Assembly: GCA_964057225.1 (NCBI GenBank)
Contig: OZ059895.1
Span: forward strand, 21,328,001 to 21,392,000
Direction of reading: 5' to 3'
DNA length: 64,000 bases
Origin: Auanema rhodensis
Lineage: Eukaryota > Animalia > Nematoda
The first letter of the stretch is position 1; every line of letters starts with the position of its first letter. The notes beneath the pieces are model-generated. The model worked only from the letters and a program-made list of their open reading frames with translations. It was not told the DNA's origin and did no database searches. The position numbers and the translations under genes are program-made. Of this stretch, positions 54,601 through 64,000 are shown piece after piece.

Positions 54601-56739
54601 CTCAACATACACTAATGCATCATTTTTCAAACGATCATAACTAATTTTTGTATTGAGCGTTTCTCAATGTAGTATAGTGCATTCGATGCGGATTTTTAAG
54701 CTGCGTCGATCTGTGTTATCAGATTTGCGCTAGCTTAAAAATGCACCGAGATATCAACTGATATAAGTTCACACTTACATCCTCGATTTTCACCCTGAAG
54801 AATTAATTTTTCCGTTGAATAACATTGTCCATCGTCTTTGCCTTGAAAAAAGGAATCTAAAAACATCTACTTTTTGCTAAATTATTTTGAAATTTTTCGA
54901 AAAAATTTTTGTCAAAATGTTTTTGGAAGCAATGTTGAGTGTACATGGAAACTCAACATACACTAATGCATCATTTTTCAAACGATCATAACTAATTTTT
55001 GTATTGAGCGTTTCTCAATGTAGTATAGTGCATTCGATGCGGATTTTTAAGCTGCGTCGATCTGTGTTATCAGATTTGCGCTAGCTTAAAAATGCACCGA
55101 GATATCAACTGATATAAGTTCACACTTATATCCTCGATTTTCACCCTGAAGAATTAATTTTTTCGTTGAATAACATTGTCCATCGTCTTTGCCATGAAAA
55201 AAGGAATCTAAAAACATCTACTTTTTGCTAAATTATTTTGAAATTTTTCGAAAAAATTTTTGTCAAAATGTTTTTGGAAGCAATGTTGAGTGTACATGGA
55301 AACTCAACATACACTAATGCATCATTTTTCAAACGATCATAACTAATTTTTGTATTGAGCGTTTCTCAATGTAGTATAGTGCATTCGATGCGGATTTTTA
55401 AGCTGCGTCGATCTGTGTTATCAGATTTGCGCTAGCTTAAAAATGCACCGAGATATCAACTGATATAAGTTCACACTTATATCCTCGATTTTCACCCTGA
55501 AGAATTAATTTTTTCGTTGAATAACATTGTCCATCGTCTTTGCCATGAAAAAAGGAATCTAAAAACATCTACTTTTTGCTAAATTATTTTGAAATTTTTC
55601 GAAAAAAATTTTTGTCAAAATGTTTTTGGAAGCAATGTTGAGTGTACATGGAAACTCAACATACACTAATGCATCATTTTTCAAACGATCATAACTAATT
55701 TTTGTATTGAGCGTTTCTCAATGTAGTATAGTGCATTCGATGCGGATTTTTAAGCTGCGTCGATCTGTGTTATCAGATTTGCGCTAGCTTAAAAATGCAC
55801 CGAGATATCAACTGATATAAGTTCACACTTATATCCTCGATTTTCACCCTGAAGAATTAATTTTTTCGTTGAATAACATTGTCCATCGTCTTTGCCATGA
55901 AAAAAGGAATCTAAAAACATCTACTTTTTGCTAAATTATTTTGAAATTTTTCGAAAAAATTTTTGTCAAAATGTTTTTGGAAGCAATGTTGAGTGTACAT
56001 GGAAACTCAACATACACTAATGCATCATTTTGCAAACGATCATAACTAATTTCTGTATTGAGCGTTTCTCAATGTAGTATAGTGCATTCGATGCGGATTT
56101 TTAAGCTGCGTCGATCTGTGTTATCAGATTTGCGCTAGCTTAAAAATGCACCGAGATATCAACTGATATAAGTTCACACTTATATCCTCGATTTTCACCC
56201 TGAAGAATTAATTTTTTCGTTGAATAACATTGTCCATCGTCTTTGCCTTGAAAAAAAAAATCTGAAAACAACTACTTTTTGCTAAATTATTTTGAAATTT
56301 TTCGAAAAAATTTTTGTCAAAATGTTTTTGGAAGCAATGTTGAGTGTACATGGAAACTCAACATACACTAATGCATCATTTTTCAAACGATCATAACTAA
56401 TTTATGTATTGAGCGTTTCTCAATGTAGTATAGTGCATTCGATGCGGATTTTTAAGCTGCGTCGATCTGTGTTATCAGATTTGCGCTAGCTTAAAAATGC
56501 ACCGAGATATCAACTGATATATGTTCACACTTATATCCTCGATTTTCACCCTGAAGAATTAATTTTTTCGTTGAATAACATTGTCCATCGTCTTTGCCAT
56601 GAAAAAAGGAATCTAAAAACATCTACTTTTTGCTAAATTATTTTGAAATTTTTCGAAAAAATTTTTGTCAAAATGTTTTTGGAAGCAATGTTGAGTGTAC
56701 ATGGAAACTCAACATACACTAATGCATCATTTTTCAAAC

Positions 56740-59700
56740 GATCATAACTAATTTTTGTATTGAGCGTTTCTCAATGTAGTATAGTGCATTCGATGCGGAT
56801 TTTTAAGCTGTGTCGATCTGTGTTATCAGATTTGCGCTAGCTTAAAAATGCACCGAGATATCAACTGATATAAGTTCACACTTATATCCTCGATTTTCAC
56901 CCTGAAGAATTAATTTTTTCGTTGAATAACATTGTCCATCGTCTTTGCCATGAAAAAAGGAATCTAAAAACATTTACTTTTTGCTAAATTATTTTGAAAT
57001 TTTTCGAAAAAATTTTTGTCAAAATGTTTTTGGAAGCAATGTTGAGTGTACATGGAAACTCAACATACACTAATGCATCATTTTGCAAACGATCATAACT
57101 AATTTCTGTATTGAGCGTTTCTCAATGTAGTATAGTGCATTCGATGCGGATTTTTAAGCTGCGTCGATCTGTGTTATCAGATTTGCGCTAGCTTAAAAAT
57201 GCACCGAGATATCAACTGATATAAGTTCACACTTATATCCTCGATTTTCACCCTGAAGAATTAATGTTTTCGTTGAATAACATTGTCCATCGTCTTTGCC
57301 TTGAAAAAAAAAATCTGAAAACAACTACTTTTTGCTAAATTATTTTGAAATTTTTCGAAAAAATTTTTGTCAAAATGTTTTTGGAAGCAATGTTGAGTGT
57401 ACATGGAAACTCAACATACACTAATGCATCATTTTTCAAACGATCATAACTAATTTTTGTATTAAGCGTTTCTCAATGTAGTATAGTGCATTCGATGCGG
57501 ATTTTTAAGCTGCGTCGATCTGTGTTATCAGATTTGCGCTAGCTTAAAAATGCACCGAGATATCAACTGATATAAGTTCACACTTATATCCTCGATTTTC
57601 ACCCTGAAGAATTAATTTTTTCGTTGAATAACATTGTCCATCGTCTTTGCCATGAAAAAAGGAATCTAAAAACATTTACTTTTTGCTAAATTATTTTGAA
57701 ATTTTTCGAAAAAATTTTTGTCAAAATGTTTTTGGAAGCAATGTTGAGTGTACATGGAAACTCAACATACACTAATGCATCATTTTGCAAACGATCATAA
57801 CTAATTTCTGTATTGAGCGTTTCTCAATGTAGTATAGTGCATTCGATGCGGATTTTTAAGCTGCGTCGATCTGTGTTATCAGATTTGCGCTAGCTTAAAA
57901 ATGCACCGAGATATCAACTGATATAAGTTCACACTTATATCCTCGATTTTCACCCTGAAGAATTAATGTTTTCGTTGAATAACATTGTCCATCGTCTTTG
58001 CCTTGAAAAAAAAAATCTGAAAACAACTACTTTTTGCTAAATTATTTTGAAATTTTTCGAAAAAATTTTTGTCAAAATGTTTTTGGAAGCAATGTTGAGT
58101 GTACATGGAAACTCAACATACACTAATGCATCATTTTTCAAACGATCATAACTAATTTTTGTATCAAGCGTTTCTCAATGTAGTATAGTGCATTCGATGC
58201 GGATTTTTAAGCTGCGTCGATCTGTGTTATCAGATTTGCGCTAGCTTAAAAATGCACCGAGATATCAACTGATATAAGTTCACACTTACATCCTCGATTT
58301 TCACCCTGAAGAATTAATTTTTCCGTTGAATAACATTGTCCATCGTCTTTGCCTTGAAAAAAAAAATCTGAAAACATCTACTTTTTGCTAAATTATTTTG
58401 AAATTTTTCGAAAAAATTTTTGTCAAAATGTTTTTGGAAGCAATGTTGAGTGTACATGGAAACTCAACATACACTAATGCATCATTTTTCAAACGATCAT
58501 AACTAATTTTTGTATTAAGCGTTTCTCAATGTAGTATAGTGCATTCGATGCGGATTTTTAAGCTGCGTCGATCTGTGTTATCAGATTTGCGCTAGCTTAA
58601 AAATGCACCGAGATATCAACTGATATAAGTTCACACTTATATCCTCAATTTTCACCCTGAAGAATTAATTTTTTCGTTGAATAACATTGTCCATCGTCTT
58701 TGCCTTGAAAAAAAAAATCTGAAAACAACTACTTTTTGCTAAATTATTTTGAAATTTTTCGAAAAAATTTTTGTCAAAATGTTTTTGGAAGCAATGTTGA
58801 GTGTACATGGAAACTCAACATACACTAATGCATCATTTTTCAAACGATCATAACTAATTTTTGTATCAAGCGTTTTTCAATGTAGTATAGTGCATTCGAT
58901 GCGGATTTTTAAGCTGCGTCGATCTGTGTTATCAGATTTGCGCTAGCTTAAAAATGCACCGAGATATCAACTGATATAAGTTCACACTTATATCCTCGAT
59001 TTTCACCCTGAAGAATTAATTTTTTCGTTGAATAACATTGTCCATCGTCTTTGCCTTGAAAAAAGGAATCTAAAAACATTAACTTTTTGCTAAATTATTT
59101 TGAAATTTTTCGAAAAAATTTTTGTCAAAATGTTTTTGGAAACAATGTTGAGTGTACATGGAAACTCAACATACACTAATGCATCATTTTGCAAACGATC
59201 ATAACTAATTTCTGTATTGAGCGTTTCTCAATGTAGTATAGTGCATTCGATGCGGATTTTTAAGCTGCGTCGATCTGTGTTATCAGATTTGCGCTAGCTT
59301 AAAAATGCACCGAGATATCAACTGATATAAGTTCACACTTATATCCTCGATTTTCACCCTGAAGAATTAATTTTTTCGTTGAATAACATTGTCCATCGTC
59401 TTTGCCTTGAAAAAAGGAATCTAAAAACATTAACTTTTTGCTAAATTATTTTGAAATTTTTCGAAAAAATTTTTGTCAAAATGTTTTTGGAAGCAATGTT
59501 GAGTGTACATGGAAACTCAACATACACTAATGCATCATTTTTCAAACGATCATAACTAATTTTTGTATTGAGCGTTTCTCAATATAGTATAGTGCATTCG
59601 ATGCGGATTTTTAAGCAGCGTCGATCTGTGTTATCAGATTTGCACTAGCTTAAAAATGCACCGAGATATCAACTGATATAAGTTCACACTTATATCCTCG

Positions 59701-62700
59701 ATTTTCACCCTGAAGAATTAATTTTTTCGTTGAATAACATTGTCCATCGTCTTTGCCTTGAAAAAAGGAATCTAAAAACATCTCCTTTTTGCTAAATTAT
59801 TTTGAAATTTTTCGAAAAAAGTTTTGTCAAAATGTTTTTGGAAGCAATGTTGAGTGTACATGGAAACTCAACATACACTAATGCATCATTTTTCAAACGA
59901 TCATAACTAATTTTTGTATTAAGCGTTTCTCAATGTAGTATAGTGCATTCGATGCGGATTTTTAAGCTGCGTCGATCTGTGTTATCAGATTTGCGCTAGC
60001 TTAAAAATGCACCGAGATATCAACTGATATAAGTTCACACTTAGATCCTCGATTTTCACCCTGAAGAATTAATTTTTTCGTTGAATAACATTGTCCATCG
60101 TCTTTGCCTTGAAAAAAAAATCTGAAAACAACTACTTTTTGCTAAATTATTTTGAAATTTTTCGAAAAAATTTTTGTCAAAATGTTTTTGGAAGCAATGT
60201 TGAGTGTACATGGAAACTCAACATACACTAATGCATCATTTTTCAAACGATCATAACTAATTTTTGTATTAAGCGTTTCTCAATGTAGTATAGTGCATTC
60301 GATGCGGATTTTTAAGCTGCGTCGATCTGTGTTATCAGATTTGCGCTAGCTTAAAAATGCACCGAGATATCAACTGATATAAGTTCACACTTATATCCTC
60401 AATTTTCACCCTGAAGAATTAATTTTTTCGTTGAATAACATTGTCCATCGTCTTTGCCTTGAAAAAAGGAATCTAAAAACATCTACTTTTTGCTAAATTA
60501 TTTTGAAATTTTTCGAAAAAATTTTTGTCAAAATGTTTTTGGAAGCAATGTTGAGTGTACATGGAAACTCAACATACACTAATGCATCATTTTTCAAACG
60601 ATCATAACTAATTTTTGTATTAAGCGTTTCTCAATGTAGTATAGTGCATTCGATGCGGATTTTTAAGCTGCGTCGATCTGTGTTATCAGATTTGCGCTAG
60701 CTTAAAAATGCACCGAGATATCAACTGATATAAGTTCACACTTATATCCTCGATTTTCACCCTGAAGAATTAATTTTTTCGTTGAATAACAATGTCCATC
60801 GTATTTGCCTTGAAAAACGGAATCTAAAAACATCTACTTTTCGCTAAATTATTCTGAAATTTTTCGAAAAAATTTTTGTCAAAATGTTTTTGGAAGCAAT
60901 GTTGAGTGTACATGGAAACTCAACATACACTAATGCATCATTTTTCAAACGATCATAACTAATTTTTGTATTAAGCGTTTCTCAATGTAGTATAGTGCAT
61001 TCGATGCGGATTTTTAAGCTGCGTCGATCTGTGTTATCAGATTTGCGCTAGCTTGAAAATGCACCGAGATATCAACTGATATAAGTTCACACTTATATCC
61101 TCAATTTTCACCCTGAAGAATTAATTTTTTCGTTGAATAACAGTGTCCATCGTCTTTGCCTTGAAAAAAGGAATCTAAAAACATCTACTTTTTGCTAAAT
61201 TATTTTGAAATTTTTCGAAAAAATTTTTGTCAAAATGTTTTTGGAAGCAATGTTGAGTGTACATGGAAACTCAACATACACTAATGCATCATTTTTCAAA
61301 CGATCATAACTAATTTTTGTATTAAGCGTTTCTCAATGTAGTATAGTGCATTCGATGCGGATTTTTAAGCTGCGTCGATCTGTGTTATCAGATTTGCGCT
61401 AGCTTAAAAATGCACCGAGATATCAACTGATATAAGTTCACACTTATATCCTCGATTTTCACCCTGAAGAATTAATTTTTTCGTTGAATAACAATGTCCA
61501 TCGTATTTGCCTTGAAAAACGGAATCTAAAAACATCTACTTTTTGCTAAATTATTCTGAAATTTTTCGAAAAAATTTTTGTCAAAATGTTTTTGGAAGCA
61601 ATGTTGAGTGTACATGGAAACTCAACATACACTAATGCATCATTTTTCAAACGATCATAACTAATTTTTGTATTAAGCGTTTCTCAATGTAGTATAGTGC
61701 ATTCGATGCGGATTTTTAAGCTGCGTCGATCTGTGTTATCAGATTTGCGCTAGCTTAAAAATGCACCGAGATATCAACTGATATAAGTTCACACTTATAT
61801 CCTCGATTTTCACCCTGAAGAATTAATTTTTTCGTTGAATAACATTGTCCATCGTCTTTGCCTTGAAAAAAGGAATCTAAAAACATCTACTTTTTGCTAA
61901 ATTATTTTGAAATTTTTCGAAAAAATTTTTGTCAAAATGTTTTTGGAAGCAATGTTGAGTGTACATGGAAACTCAACATACACTAATGCATCATTTTTCA
62001 AACGATCATAACTAATTTTTGTATTAAGCGTTTCTCAATGTAGTATAGTGCATTCGATGCGGATTTTTAAGCTGCGTCGATCTGTGTTATCAGATTTGCG
62101 CTAGCTTAAAAATGCACCGAGATATCAACTGATATAAGTTCACACTTATATCCTCGATTTTCACCCTGAAGAATTAATTTTTTCGTTGAATAACATTGTC
62201 CATCGTCTTTGCCTTGAAAAAAGGAATCTAAAAACATCTCCTTTTTGCTAAATTATTTTGAAATTTTTCGAAAAAATTTTTGTCAAAATGTTTTTGGAAG
62301 CAATGTTGAGTGTACATGGAAACTCAACATACACTAATGCATCATTTTTCAAACGATCATAACTAATTTTTGTATTGAGCGTTTCTCAATGTAGTATAGT
62401 GCATTCGATGCGGATTTTTAAGCTGCGTCGATCTGTGTTATCAGATTTGCGCTAGCTTAAAAATGCACCGAGATATCAACTGATGTAAGTTCACACTTAT
62501 ATCCTCGATTTTCACCCTGAAGAATTAATTTTTTCGTTGAATAACATTGTCCATCGTCTTTGCCTTGAAAAAAGGAATCTAAAAACATCTACTTTTTGCT
62601 AAATTATTTCGAAATTTTTCGAAAAAATTTTTGTCAAAATGTTTTTGGAAGCAATGTTGAGTGTACATGGAAACTCAACATACACTAATGCATCATTTTT

Positions 62701-63420
62701 CAAACGATCATAACTAATTTTTGTATTAAGCGTTTCTCAATGTAGTATAGTGCATTCGATGCGGATTTTTAAGCTGCGTCGATCTGTGTTATCAGATTTG
62801 CGCTAGCTTAAAAATGCACCGAGATATCAACTGATATAAGTTCACACTTATATCCTCGATTTTCACCCTGAAGAATTAATTTTTTCGTTGAATAACATTG
62901 TCCATCGTCTTTGCCTTGAAAAAAGGAATCTAAAAACATCTACTTTTTGCTAAATTATTTTGAAATTTTTCGAAAAAATTTTTGTCAAAATGTTTTTGGA
63001 AGCAATGTTGAGTGTACATGGAAACTCAACATACACTAATGCATCATTTTTCAAACGATCATAACTAATTTTTGTATTGAGCGTTTCTCAATGTAGTATA
63101 GTGCATTCGATGCGGATTTTTAAGCTGCGTCGATCTGTGTTATCAGATTTGCGCTAGCTTAAAAATGCACCGAGATATCAACTGATGTAAGTTCACACTT
63201 ATATCCTCGATTTTCACCCTGAAGAATTAATTTTTTCGTTGAATAACATTGTCCATCGTCTTTGCCTTGAAAAAAGGAATCTAAAAACATCTACTTTTTG
63301 CTAAATTATCTCGAAATTTTTCGAAAAAATTTTTGTCAAAATGTTTTTGGAAGCAATGTTGAGTGTACATGGAAACTCAACATACACTAATGCATCATTT
63401 TTCAAACGATCATAACTAAT
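56740..63420. repeat. Several local dimeric (702-bp) duplications
   Basis: CATTTACT at 56971/57673; TAATGTTTT at 57262/57964; CCTCAATT at ~60397/61099; GTATTTGCC...AAACGG at 60801/61503; GATGTAAG at 62482/63184. Confidence 0.8.
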
Positions 63421-64000
63421 TTTTGTATTAAGCGTTTCTCAATGTAGTATAGTGCATTCGATGCGGATTTTTAAGCTGCGTCGATCTGTGTTATCAGATT
63501 TGCGCTAGCTTAAAAATGCACCGAGATATCAACTGATATAAGTTCACACTTATATCCTCAATTTTCACCCTGAAGAATTAATTTTTTCGTTGAATAACAT
63601 TGTCCATCGTCTTTGCCTTGAAAAAAGGAATCTAAAAACATCTACTTTTTGCTAAATTATTTTGAAATTTTTCGAAAAAATTTTTGTCAAAATGTTTTTG
63701 GAAGCAATGTTGAGTGTACATGGAAACTCAACATACACTAATGCATCATTTTTCAAACGATCATAACTAATTTTTGTATTGAGCGTTTCTCAATGTAGTA
63801 TAGTGCATTCGATGCGGATTTTTAAGCTGCGTCGATCTGTGTTATCAGATTTGCGCTAGCTTAAAAATGCACCGAGATATCAACTGATATAAGTTCACAC
63901 TTATATCCTCGATTTTCACCCTGAAGAATTAATTTTTTCATTGAATAACATTGTCCATCGTCTTTGCCATGAAAAAAGGAATCTAAAAACATCTACTTTT

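Larger units (their letters stand above)
3826..64000. repeat. 351-bp tandem satellite array (~171 copies, runs off window end)
   Basis: GTGCATTC recurs at 4211, 4563, 4915, 5266, 5616, 5967; CATACACTA at 34261 and 34612. Period is 351 bp (350/352 from poly-A length or 1-bp insertions, 338 in four deletion copies). Orientation is the same throughout and I saw no insertions. Confidence 0.98.

Noticed and set aside
1-64000. CRISPR array
   Set aside because: There are no unique spacers; whole 176- and 351-bp units repeat, and there are no cas genes.
3826-64000. Identity with the Drosophila 359-bp (1.688) or other named ~350-360-bp satellites
   Set aside because: The period is 351 bp and I recognise no diagnostic sequence; similar length alone is insufficient.

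Overview
The window is entirely non-coding, AT-rich (~32% GC, counted on one monomer of each family) tandem satellite DNA of eukaryotic heterochromatin/centromere type. A 176-bp satellite (1-3814, ~21.7 copies, no net indels) abuts a different 351-bp satellite (~3826-64000, ~171 head-to-tail copies, 338-352 bp) across an ~11-bp junction. I see no genes, transposon ORFs, RNA genes or CRISPR arrays; the five ORFs in the track are by-products of monomer point variants. The interesting structure lies inside the repeats. (i) The periods are almost exactly 1:2 (176 vs 351), and two 9-bp hairpins in the 351-mer alternate at 175/176-bp spacing. (ii) Both monomers are densely packed with dyad symmetries, including a 67-nt hairpin. 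(iii) The 351-bp array is layered: a homogeneous core haplotype (~25.8-44.3 kb) is flanked on both sides by shared variants. (iv) Core-haplotype variants perfect a 13-bp inverted repeat spanning 152 bp. (v) There are many nascent 2- to 6-mer higher-order repeats. I cannot assign the organism or a named satellite family from the sequence alone.
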